A DNA stretch of 64,000 bases from Spizellomyces punctatus DAOM BR117 (taxonomy: Eukaryota), in NCBI GenBank assembly GCA_000182565.2, contig KQ257472.1; one strand, written 5' to 3'. Numbering within the stretch: position 1 is the stretch's first letter; each line of letters starts with the position of its first letter. The notes beneath the pieces were generated by a model. It did not search any database, was not told the origin of the DNA, and was given only the letters and a program-made list of their open reading frames with translations. This document shows positions 14,140 through 25,204 of the stretch, piece after piece. Both the position numbers and the translations under genes were made by a program.

Positions 14140-16723
14140 CTAGAACTCATTGTCGTCGTCCCCAGTGTAGGCATCCTGAACGTCCCCCCGATAGAAATTA
14201 TCCAACTATAGATCAATCCCAGAAAAAACGTGAGTCTCAGCGTCAATAGATGGTGCGGTTCGACAAGTGTAGCATACCAAACGGCCAACATCAAACTCAT
14301 TCCTGGTCTGCAGAGCCAAATCTGGATGATGCCCGTATTGGCAACGGTGCCATTGCTCGTCAGGCAGAGGGGTTTTGGCGTCCCTTGCGCATTCTGCAAT
14401 ATGTTCCACTAAAGCAAGACATTCTTCAAGCTGCGCCTTTGTATACCCAGTGACAATATGAGTCAAATCTTCCGCTTGAGTAACTACGATACAGAGAGTC
14501 AACAGTTGCACCGCAGCGAAGCGCCATATTTAAAGCCATGGCTACTTACTGTCCTCAAATGGATATGTGAGAAAGAACACCGCGGCGGCCAGCATACTGT
14601 TGCGAAATCTGATGGTAGTGTCGACTGCCATGCAAGCTTGCAAGACGAAAAAGGCTCCGCTGGCTTCATCCAATGTAAATGCTGCTTGAAATATGTCGCG
14701 CTCTCCAACGGGCAGGTTCGGGGGTTTGTGAATGTCATGGTAGAAAGACCAAAGGCGCGCAAGTTGAAACGACCGCGTCAAAAAGTCGTGTGCGGTGGAA
14801 ATGCACAAGTTCCAGTTCATTTTCTAAAGGTGACCTGAAGGTTAAGTGGTGACTATAGAAGCTATCGAATGGGGATGTCACTTACAATCATAAAATCGGC
14901 TTCGTACTTGACCACCCTTTTACAAGCCTTTTGCATGACTTTAACATGTTCATCGGGATGGTATCCTTGAGTTTCAAATTCACAAATCTTCCAAACGTCG
15001 AGTGATTGTTGCTCCTGCAGAAGATTAGGTTATGTTAACGACAGTCGCCTCAAGATATTGCGCAAGTTGCAGACTTACTTCCAGCTTGCTAGCACAGTTC
15101 AGCATTGCAACACCAACTAGCTGCAGCTTCTTGAGCGGAATTTCCGCTATTTTACTCATGTACATATCCAAAAAGTTAACAGCCAAATGATAAGCTCTCC
15201 TAGAGAGGGCATTTTCGTCGCACACCTACATCGATGCAGAATGTAGAGTTAAGCGTTGGATGAATAATACGGAAGATCCAGTCATACCAACCTCAGCCAT
15301 CCAATCAATCAACAGACCTCGATGGTCTGCGTTCATCTCCATGTGCTTTGAGATCCAGTCCGGACGCCGGTTCTCCATAAGAACTTCCTCCCGTTCGACG
15401 TCTGTCTTCCATTGCTTTAGAACGATTTTCATGTCAGCTTTCTAAAACACCAAATGGTATTAGCACCAACTCGAGGTGGTAACGCATGCGTGAGCGACTG
15501 GTCAACGGGCTACCTCATTTCCTTCAACAATCTCAAGAAGCTTCCTCGGCATTGGACATGCCGGAACTACCTTAGTCGCAGCATCTGCGCTGTGAAAAAA
15601 TTCTGTAGAGCGGGCACACAGCGAAGTATTGTCGGGGGGCAGCAGGTGGCCCATGGTTTCGCTTATCATCTCCGTTTGAGCCTGTATGACAATCTTGCGC
15701 CGAAGAGGACTGCACTCAATGGGAGCATAGCGGTTTTCCTTACGTACATCAGATGCGGGGGAGAGTGCATCCAAACGGGTAGAGTATGCCACCGGTGAAT
15801 TGCCAGCCCTGGGCGTCATCGGTGGGGTAGAAATGAAGGGAGTGATATCACTTAGTGTGTCATCATCTCTGTGAACAGAGGTTGCTGCTGACGGTTCATC
15901 AGAGTCCGAAAGGGGCTCTTCATCACAGTAGAGAGGATCATTACACCATTCCGGAATGGATGAGGTAGGTGACGAGGTTTTGGGATCCGAGGGTATATCA
16001 AGATCCTCATCTTCATCGATTGACAGACGGGCGTGGGCCTTGTGAACGGTTGACCTGAAGGTAGGGGTAGCAATCTTGCGAGAAAGAGGTGAAATACTTG
16101 GAGATACGTTCGGGGCCGCTTGATATACAGGTGAGCTTGAAAAGGTGAACTTAAATTGCGAATTCGGGAGCCGTAAGCTGTTCTCATCGCATATCCGTGT
16201 GTCTTCCTTGACCTGCATCTTGGCTGCGTACATTGAGGGCACAAACGGAAGAATCAGTATCTACATTAGATCTTGCTAAATTTTGGTTCGTACCATCCCC
16301 GATACGTCGACGTTTGCCACTTTTGGGTTCGATAATCGCGTACTCTAGATTCTTAATACGAACGGGAGTGTCGTAGACATCGTTTTCATCGATCTTGCGC
16401 TTGACGCCGGAAAGAGGGCAGGTTCCGTAATTTTCGAGCATTAAGCGAAAGGGCTCATTCTTCTAGAAGCAGCAGATATTAAAAAATGAGATCACATGTT
16501 AGGAATGGGGCAGGAATAGGCGAACAGAGGCATTGGTCTCGATCACAACATCTATCTCACCTGCTGAACTGGTGTGTGCGGGGGCTTGATGGGCTGCCTG
16601 TCCGCCCTCGCTGGCGACAATGACAATGAAGCGACATTGGCATTTGCGCTGAATACGCGTAACCCGCGTCAATAACGTTTGGCGAGATAACCGAATATGT
16701 TGCACGTCTTACCCTCCGAGCAT
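14140..16723 (-). CDS. Cyclin, most similar to the cyclin E family
   Basis: Cyclin box HRGLLIDWMAEV...SRRAYHLAVNFLDMYMS...LQLVGVAMLNCASKLEE; MNWNLCISTAHDFL; RFRNSMLAAAVF; VTGYTKAQLEECL. First exon ATG CTC GGA GG|gtaag at 16723, with an alternative in-frame ATG at 16768. Confidence 0.85.
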
Positions 16724-17010
16724 CCCGTCTTGAACTGCCAAAAAGAAAAAGGCCCCCGGAACCTTCATAGAATGGGAGAAGGAGAATCCCAGCGGTTAAG
16801 AACCGTGAGGCGCGTCGGCATCTCTACCGTTCGCGTGCAGCAATTGCCAAATGCGCAGATGCTGAAACTTGGCTTAGACATAGCGACTCACCTGCTTTCA
16901 ATAAAAGAACCCAGTGTGATTCCAGAAAGAAAGCAATGCGGCCTCAATAGGTAGTGCAATCGCAAAAATGTGAGAGAAGAACAATATGGGGAACGAAGGA
17001 CCAGACGACG

Positions 17011-17240
17011 TCGGGGCGCGCCGTTTTGACTGGCGCGCGCACACTTTCAGGGTAAATCACGGGGATTCCACCACGTCTAGTGAGACAGGATCGATGGACC
17101 TAAAACCAGGTTGAAGTTAACTGGACCCGGAGCGATGGCGGAGTGGTTATTGTCCCCCGTTGCTGCGACGGGTAGAAGGGCAGAAACGCGTCTTATGTAA
17201 ACGCGTATTGTTCAGTCTTTCGGACGAAAAACTCGCGTGC
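17011..17240. promoter_or_regulatory. CGCG-rich cyclin upstream region: two AAACGCGT (MCB) sites and E2F-like GGCGCGCC / TGGCGCGC motifs
   Basis: AAACGCGT at 17184-17191 and 17199-17206; GGCGCGCC at 17015-17022; TGGCGCGCGC at 17031-17040; CTCGCGT at 17232-17238. Confidence 0.5.
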
Positions 17241-17641
17241 CCGATCCTCGTGGGCCGTTCGACTGATTCCGTGGGTTGTGAGCTATCGCCAAGCAGGCCC
17301 GTTCTCCAGGAATAGCATATGCGTCATGGGAGACTGTAACGTGGTCGAAACAATAGAAAACACTTACACATTTTACTCTCGCAAAAGTAAGCTTAATTCA
17401 GCCAAGTCTGCCACTCTTTGGCCGGGTCCGCAGCAATCAGACAATCCAACCACAGGTATCATGTCACATGGTTGAAGGTACCAGCAAAGAAGATGCAGAT
17501 TGTAAAACTGAGACCACCAATACTCTTTACTATTTGCAAATGATTGCTTGGCAGATCTTTTTCCTTTCAACAGACTTTCTACTGAAGTTGAATATAATAC
17601 AGTTACAATATAAATTACATGCAGAAGCTTCTTATCCAACT

Positions 17642-20600
17642 CTATGCGCTGGCATCGGAGGTTGATTTAATCGGTCCACTAATGAACTTCCGAAACCCAT
17701 TCACGATTCTCTTCAATTTTGCTTCGGTTGCAGCCTTTTGTTCCCCAAGGAGCTTCACGTCTTTTTGCAGCTCCTCGATCCGCCGGATGTGTCCCTCCGT
17801 TGTGCGCTCAAGCGACTGTATTCTATCTCGCTCGCTCTCATGGCGAGCAGTTAATGCTTGAATTTCAAGCAACTGTGCTTCCGAGGTCTTGGTGCCCTCT
17901 GCCACTTTTTGCTGCAACAGGGCCGCGCTATTATTGGCTGATACATGTAAGTTATGTATATGTAAAAACTGCTTTACGAAAGGTAAAGGATGGTCACGAT
18001 CATCGGTCAAACGGTCAGAATCAGCCGCGTAAGGGAGGATATGTTGGTACTGTTTCTCGTAATCCGTTAAAAGTTGCTCCAGTTCACGGTGCTGGGATTT
18101 CACATCTTCAAAGGATGCTTGAAGAGTTTTGAACTTTCCCATCCATGCGTCTTCGCGCGATTTGAGTTTGTCCTTCGTTTTGGACAGAGCCTCTTTCAGG
18201 GAGCTATTTTCCGCGCGGAGGGCGGAGAGCTGATGGACGTGCTCTGATATCACCCGGAATTTTTAGCTAAGGGTGCAACAAAAAGTTTCGAAACCTTGCT
18301 TACCTTCAATCATTCCATTCAGCTGCTCCAATTGATTGGATGTATCTTGGTTGTTCTTTAGTAGTTCCATCAAAGCCTCAACATCGCAGAGATTGTCGCG
18401 ACATGGCGATGGTTCCCCGTGGTGTTGCTGCAAGCCGTTTACCTTGTCAGTTAAGGTTCGGCCTATCTCTCTCAGTAAGTCTGCGGATGGATCCCAAGCA
18501 GAGTCACCGCCCACACTGGCGGTTCTAGTATTCTCCAGCTCTTTCTGCTTCCGGCGGAGGTCTTCTTGAAGGTTGTCGATGATCTCAGTTGCCTGTTGGT
18601 TCTTCAATTTCTCATCGTCGAGTTTTGATTCCAGCATATCAATGCTTTTGCGAAGTTTTGTGAATTCAGCCTCGGTGGCTGCGGGCGCTGAATACATTTT
18701 CTCCAACGACGCCCGCAAAGTGACATTTTCTCGTTTCCATTTTTCGATAGTTCGCTCGAGGTGTTCTTGATGGGCTTGCATTTGAGTAGTGATGGCGGTG
18801 AGCTCGTCAATACGCTTTTCATAGGAGGCGGTTTTCGTTTCTTCTTCGAGCAAGGCGGCAGCTGTCCGCTCCGCAGCTAGCCAATCCACACATGTGTCGC
18901 TATCTATCTGCGTGCGTTTCTGAAGTGCCTCATGTTCTTGTACTTCTTTCAGAACCGCTAATCTTCCTTTTTCTGCAACCATGGCGGCTTCGCGTGCGAG
19001 AGCTACTTCCCTCATTCTTTTCTCTTGCTCTTCCTTGTATGCTTTTTTAATCTTTTCAAACTCTGTTTGGATCTTCTCCAAGTTCCCTTCTAACGTTTCA
19101 TTGTCGTCCTGTAGCTTTTGCATGTCGCTGGCATAACTGTCCGCAATAGTTTTGATGGTTCGTTCCGTCTCGGCACGGATCTTGGTACTATCCTCGCGCA
19201 GACGATGAATCCGATCTTCAACAAGCAGTGACTCTTCCAGAGCTGCAGAAAACGCATGCGCCGATACGGTAACGACTTGAGTAACGTCCTTGCAGGCCGC
19301 CAGAAAATGAGAAGGGTTGTATACGATAGATGAGGATGTGACGGCTGCTCGGATGGCATCGAGTCCGTTGAGCAGGGTGTCCATTGTGCGCATTGGCGAG
19401 TTCAGAGCAGTTGACATAGAAGAGCCGTCGGACGAATACCGTGGGGTAGATGCGATTTCACATTTCTTATCTCTTAGTTTGTGAGTTTCGCTGTCGATTA
19501 GACGTAACACGTCCTGCCGCGCATCGTCGTCGTCCACCCTATCAGGCGTTGTGGAGAGTACAGTATTTGTGGATGCATTTAGCATCTCGTGCTTCTTGTC
19601 AACGATATTTGCGGTGTCTGTTTGCCCCAAGTTCATTTTCAATGCGGTCTCCTGCTCAGTCAATCTCTTGTTCTCCCGGCGCAAGATCTCATTTTGTTCA
19701 ATCAGGGCCTTTAGTTCAATGTGATGTCGAGATACCCGCGTTTGCAGCTCGTGATTATCATTCTCCAAATGTCGACATCTTCCAGACAATTCAGATAGTC
19801 GAATCCTTTCTTCTCTTTTCCGAGCGGGGTCACATTGTGCCTGTAGTCGCGCGTTCTCCTTTTCGAGTTGCTGAATTCGGCGTCTGAGAAATCCAACCGT
19901 CGCATCTTCATCTTTATTGGATCGACGGGAGATCTGGTCTCGTAGCCGACGATTATTGTCTTCCATGTATCTCAACTGCTTATGCAAGCTGGAGATAAGA
20001 CCTGGGTCCATGTACTCAGTTCCTTCCATTGTTAGATGTACCCTATGATTTTGCTTTCCGTACGCACTTGACAGCGTAGTCGCAATTGTCCGCGCTGACT
20101 CAATGTCTTTTTTTGGCGCTCTTAATGGCAGAGGGGAGCCTTTCGGCAGTTTTGCCTTGTGGTCATCAAGGTCGTCTATATGAATAGGATTCTGAACAGT
20201 TTGCTGATAATGCCGAGTGCCATGTTGATCATCACGAAGCATTGATGGCGGTCTTTTTTCATCGGGTTCTGTGCAGCCTTCGGTTTGCAGTTCCTCGAAA
20301 AGCAGATGGTCGGTCTGTTGTGCACTAGAAGAGATGGTTTGCTGTCTCCCTTTCTCGTGGACATGTGCGTCGTCTTCAGATTGTGCACCATGTCGCTTGA
20401 CCCTGGTCCCAATATCACCTTCGATGCGATCCGGCTTGGGCCGACTTGATCGTGCGCTCTCGGCTACCCGCTTCTCCGCTGGCTCTCTTCTTTGTGCTTC
20501 TAATGGATGCTGGAAAACCGAGCTGGTAGTACCCTCGCGATGGAAGATCGAACAGGGATTTTCTACGTATCCTTGATGAGAGATAATATAATCTGAATGC

Positions 20601-20911
20601 GGTCGCTCTTTGATGTCTTGATTTCCGGGGCTGATTTGTTCCTTGGCACCGCCATTGATATGTTGACTATTTTCATCAACAGTTTCGTGTGCGTTCTCTT
20701 TCTCATCCTTAAAGAGTCCATCTTCCAGTTCCTTCAAAGTCTCTGATATAACCGCTGTCGCTTTGACTAAAGCGTGAGACTTCGAAGAGAGGTCGCTTAC
20801 AGGCTCCAGTACCGACAGCTTGACCCTGGAAGCAGATTGCGTACGATCATTTGAACTTTTCGCAGAACTCGGGTTACTATTCTCTTTTACTCGGACAGTT
20901 TTCGGGGCCAT
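17642..20911 (-). CDS. Large coiled-coil protein of unknown family (about 1070 aa, 2 exons)
   Basis: 882-aa ORF joined to the 203-aa ORF by an intron (donor gtaagc at about 18303, acceptor tatcag at about 18245). Disordered N-terminus followed by long heptad-rich, E/K/L/Q-rich segments. Confidence 0.8.
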
Positions 20912-21095
20912 TTGCGAATCGAGCGCGCGCAGCAGACGCGTTCCTAGTAAGCTCGTGGTTTCGTAGCTAAGCCTCCTCCAGCTAACACACTCACAAAGGG
21001 CAACACTGCCAAACGGCTGTTTTGCTCCACTGCAATCCGGCTGTCGCCGATGATTTCACACGCTCGCTGTAAGCAACTGGAATATTTGTGGTATC

Positions 21096-22366
21096 ATGTC
21101 GCAGGTTATGTCTTTGCTGGGCAATGACTGGCCAACAGAGGGCGAGTATGAAATTGTCAAGGGGAAGTCGTTTGAACAGCCGACCAGGAATCCTTGGTTA
21201 GGACTTGAATGTAAGCCTCTTCACCACCCTGCAGCAAAACTTTATGTCTAAGCACTTCAATTAGACAAAGGCAAGTTTCCACATCAATCTATTACCGGTG
21301 TTCTAAGGTCGGCGACGGACGAGCCTGCTTACAATGCAGAAATAGATTGTGAACAGGTGAGCGTATAAATCAAGGGCGCGAGTAAATATAGACATCTGAT
21401 ATGCGCTTTTGGACTAGTCTGAGCTTCATGCTTCTTAGGAAGGAGAAAGCCATCGGTATAAGGCGAAACCTTGTGGTACTGGCCAGCATTTGTCGTACTT
21501 GCTATTCTGGGATCGAAAACGAAAGGTACCTAGGTACAGAATTTGGCATTTTTTGTGTGGATACCTCATTAATATTGGTATGCATTAGGTGTTCGTTCTG
21601 GAAAAACTTATATCAAGTTTCGAAATGCATCCAGCCGCCATGCAGGAAAGTCACGGAGTGTCTTCGACTGCTGAGGACAATGAGACAGAAATGGATCTAG
21701 ACAGGGAACTGGATGCCGTGTTTGCGGATTTGGATGAGGAGGATGACGACGAAGAGGTTGATCTGGCAGCGGACGACGATGGTAGCAAGCCAGATGCAGT
21801 TAGAGGATATGGTCGGAAGAGTTCTGTTGAGGATTTCGCCAACAGCCATATGAGCTCAGCCAACTACGTCTCTGACGAGGATGAGACGGATGGGCTGATA
21901 TCAACGATGGAAACTCGACGATCTGGTGGAGACGATGTTACAGACAGCGATTTTGATTCGGAGCTAGATGCGGCGTTTGAGGAATTGCGTCAAGAAGATG
22001 GCGAATCCGGGGAGCTGACTGCGGCAAATGAGGGAAATCATGAATTGGAGGATATATTGGAAAATGCTTTGGAAGATGTGTATAAAGACTTGTGCGACTC
22101 CCATTCAGATGGTAGCGGTGATATGACTGAGGATGATCCAGCTGATGAAGCCGAAGAAGAGGTGAACAAGCTTTCCGGCTTTCCGCAGGATGATAGTGGA
22201 GGAGATCTTTTACATGCTCGTTCACGAGGAGGTCCTATTTCACTCAGTTCACTGGAAGGTAAGCTGCAGTGGTTAGCGGACTTTATGTCCTACTGACGAG
22301 CACGCTGTGCCTTTTTTTGTAGATGGAAGCGAATCCAGTGGCTCAGGTTCTAGCATTGACGACTAG
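21096..22366 (+). CDS. EAF1: ELL-associated factor (EAF1/2-like) with long acidic C-terminus
   Basis: Spliced N-terminus EGEYEIVKGKSFEQ...SYLLFWDRKRK|VFVLEKLISSFEM resembles the EAF domain (LGESFE...LIINHDTGEYVLEKLSSSI). D/E-rich tail ends SESSGSGSSIDD*. Confidence 0.7.
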
Positions 22367-22584
22367 TGCAGACTTAGATATTTACATTGTACATATTTCT
22401 TTTTACACGGCGTATTTATCACTTAGACCATTGTCATGACTGGACTCTGCTCAAGGCTGTGCCACCCACATCAGGTGGAAAGAGCTGCGTACGCGCAAAG
22501 TTCTGTTCCCCAGATCAGTGACCATATTTTAGATCGCTCATCTTTCTGTATTGCAACTGGGAAGCGATAGATAAATAGCACAAC

Positions 22585-24346
22585 ATGGGTATGGCCTTCG
22601 ATGATTCTTCGTTTAGCCCGTTCTAACTCAGTCCTTGGACAGGCTTATTCGACAACCCTCCGTCATCCCAACCTTTTGGTCAGTACCCGAACATGCTTGA
22701 TCAGCTTGTTCTTCAACTGAAGCAAGTACTCTAGGAGGTTCAGGCACCACGGGCTTCTTTCCCGCGACAAATACAGCTTCTTCAAATCCAGGAGCCAATG
22801 CGTTCCCCTCTTCTAAGGTTGGGGGTGCAGCTACCACAACCGCTGCTCCGAGCACTCCTTCTTTCTTCACACCTCCCGTTGCAAATACGGCTGCAGCTGG
22901 TGGACAAACGCTTGGAGGGACCGGCCTCTTTGGATCTATAGGCGGTGCATCTACTGGGCAAGCGCTTGGAAGTTCGCCTGCATTGACTTTTGGGTCTGCG
23001 GCGGCGACTGCACCTTCCACAACCGCATCGGGAGCAGCAGGTTTTAATTTTGGACCTTCATCAAGCCTTGGAACCACTAGCGGTCCGACCGTGGGATCTG
23101 CAATCGGTTCATCAGCTTCTAGTGCTGGAACTCCTGGATCAGTACCTGCGTCACAGCCTGCGGCAACGCCATCAAGTCAGCCACAGGGAGGCTTTTTTCC
23201 AACTGCAACGAAACCACTCACAACACAAGCACCTGTTACTCCAGCAGCTAATAAGATCGCCAAAGCCCCTGCAGGAACACCTGGGCCTTTGAAGCTGGGG
23301 GATTTGGCAAGTGAGTGGTGCATATTCGATTTTCAAATGATATCTGGTGCGGTAACTAACATACGGCGTGCATAAGCACCAAGCACGTCAGCGGCAACTG
23401 GAGCAGCGAGTGGAGCACCTGCCACTAAAGCGGGAGAAACTGCCACCGCACAAGCGGAACTCTCATTCTCTACTCTCAAAAACAGAACCATGGAGGAAAT
23501 TTTGCAGCGCTGGAACCAAGAACTTGATCAGTGCACCAAAGAATTTCATCGGCAAGCCGTGGAAGTGCAAAACTGGGACCGCATTATCTTAGAAAACAGT
23601 TACTCGGTTAGGACACTTACATATCAGCCGGCCCTGTAGTTTCGGAGATTCTAACGTTTTCTTTATGTAGATTTCCAAGCTATGTGAACAGTTGAATGAA
23701 GCGGAAACGTTGCAGAAGGAGATAGATGACAATTTGGGCTACATCAGTTCTCAGCAAAATTCTCTTGACAGCGCCTTGGCTCAATACGACGCAGATCTTC
23801 AGCGAATTATCCAGAATGAGATGGCCTCGATGCAAAACAGGTGCGATACTCTGTCAGTTGTTAGCCGTCACTCCATAATCTAATTGCTTGGGGATGAATA
23901 GGCACAGCCACGCAGATGAAGAGCGAGAAAGGGCGTATTCATTGGCAGAGTCGCTGAATCTTCAGCTAGATGAGATGGCGTCCCAGCTGTCTGTCCTGAT
24001 TGGGGAAATAAACGCTTCAAAGGGCGAAGAAATTGATGGTGGGCTGGGCAGCACCGGGGATGGAGATTCTCTTTTGGGTGATGGAGAAGAACCGAGTCCT
24101 GTTGGTGCAATCGTCCGTATCCTTAATGAACATCTATCATCGCTGGAGTGGCTCGACAGCAGCACCGCGGATTTGGCCCAGAGGGTTCAGAATCTCGTCC
24201 GAACATCAGATGAAGGACTCAGTCATGTCGATCGTGCGCATCGAGGTGGTGCAGCGACAGGCGCGTTCGATTCAACAACGCCAGCGAGACCCTCCATCAC
24301 CTCGCTGTTTGGAGTTTCGTCCACTGCTGATAGATTAGCACGTTAA
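22585..24346 (+). CDS. NSP1: Nucleoporin Nsp1/Nup62
   Basis: S/T/A/G-rich N-terminus with FG motifs (GLFG, LTFG, FNFG), then the Nsp1_C coiled coil LKNRTMEEILQRWNQEL...EFHRQAVEVQNWDRIILEN and ADEERERAYSLAESLNLQLDEM...IVRILNEHLSSLEWLD. Confidence 0.9.
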
Positions 24347-24557
24347 GGAGAATATATATATCACTGTGTCCCAAATGATATCCGGCCCATGCTGGTAGTG
24401 AGCTATTGACGAGATATCCATGCTGTACGATGGGACGTTAATTCGTGACTGTTGAAATTTGCGCATAAATATAATATTAAAGGACAGCTCTTAAATGTAA
24501 CTCTCAATCCACACTCATTTCTCTATGAATCACAAATTCATTTTGCTCAAAATGAAA

Positions 24558-24940
24558 TCATCCCGGCCGTATCTTGGGCGCCCCGGACGCTGGCCTCCCT
24601 TGCCAATCTTCAGACGGAACCATTTCATCTACGAGAGCCACAGAGGTCAAATCCCTTGCAATGATATTAACTTGATCCGAAACGCCAATTTACCTTCAAT
24701 TTCTGCTTCAAATGGGACGTTTTCTCTGCTTGGCGAGGGATTAAGTAACCAGGCAGCTTCTTTCCGCCGTAGGAAGGATGTTTGGAGCCGCGAATTTGTT
24801 GCGTGAGTGTGAGACGGGAGATAAAAGAGGATGTTGTTGTATTGAAAGTGGTTACGCTGGTCGTCAGCCGGGACGGGGTCGTCCTCCAGAGGGATGTTAG
24901 TCTCGAAATCATGGTTTTGACGGTAAAGCAAGTCCAACAT
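24558..24940 (-). CDS. Small protein, possibly APC/C subunit Apc13-like
   Basis: MLDLL...IPLEDDPVP...LRRKEAAW...RENVP resembles metazoan APC13 (ILDLI...LPYEDVAIP...KEQEMKW...HENVP). One plausible intron (gtaaat...tttgac...cgtag) gives about 105 aa. Confidence 0.45.
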
Positions 24941-24976
24941 CCAGCGATCGCAATGTGGCTCCCTCTGCTGAATTTT

Positions 24977-25050
24977 GTTGCCATGGCTACCACCGATTAT
25001 GAGTCCTTTATTGTGGTCACGGGGTGAGTGCTGCGCATTACTATGGCAAC
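24977..25050. promoter_or_regulatory. Inverted pair of RFX X-box-like palindromes in the Apc13-like/Dicer divergent promoter
   Basis: GTTGCCATGGCTAC at 24977-24990 and ATTACTATGGCAAC at 25037-25050, compared with the consensus GTYNCYATRGNAAC. Confidence 0.55.
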
Positions 25051-25204
25051 AAAACTATTGAGCAAACAGGCGGCAGAACCGAAGGAAGGAAGGGCAGGAT
25101 ATCTGTGGCCGCCACCGTCAGCAAAAGCTACCAAGTCACTCTGTACAGCTCCACGAACAGTACAGAGTCACTCGGTTTGTACTTCTGCAGTGGTGCCCAT
25201 AACC

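Noticed and set aside
17129..17215. tRNA-Ser-like 5' end
   Set aside because: No acceptor-stem complement (TCGCTCC), no T-arm at the right distance and no U33 anticodon loop. Kept only as a candidate structured RNA.
17208..17229. Hammerhead-like GTC-TTTCG-GAC-GAAA stem II
   Set aside because: The required CUGANGA core is absent (TTGTTCA instead), and no stems I/III with a cleavage triplet are evident.
24667..24993. 108-aa minus-strand ORF starting MATK, mirroring MATK at 25043 on the plus strand
   Set aside because: The mirrored MATK comes from the inverted X-box pair. The overlapping frame starting at 24940 is more protein-like.
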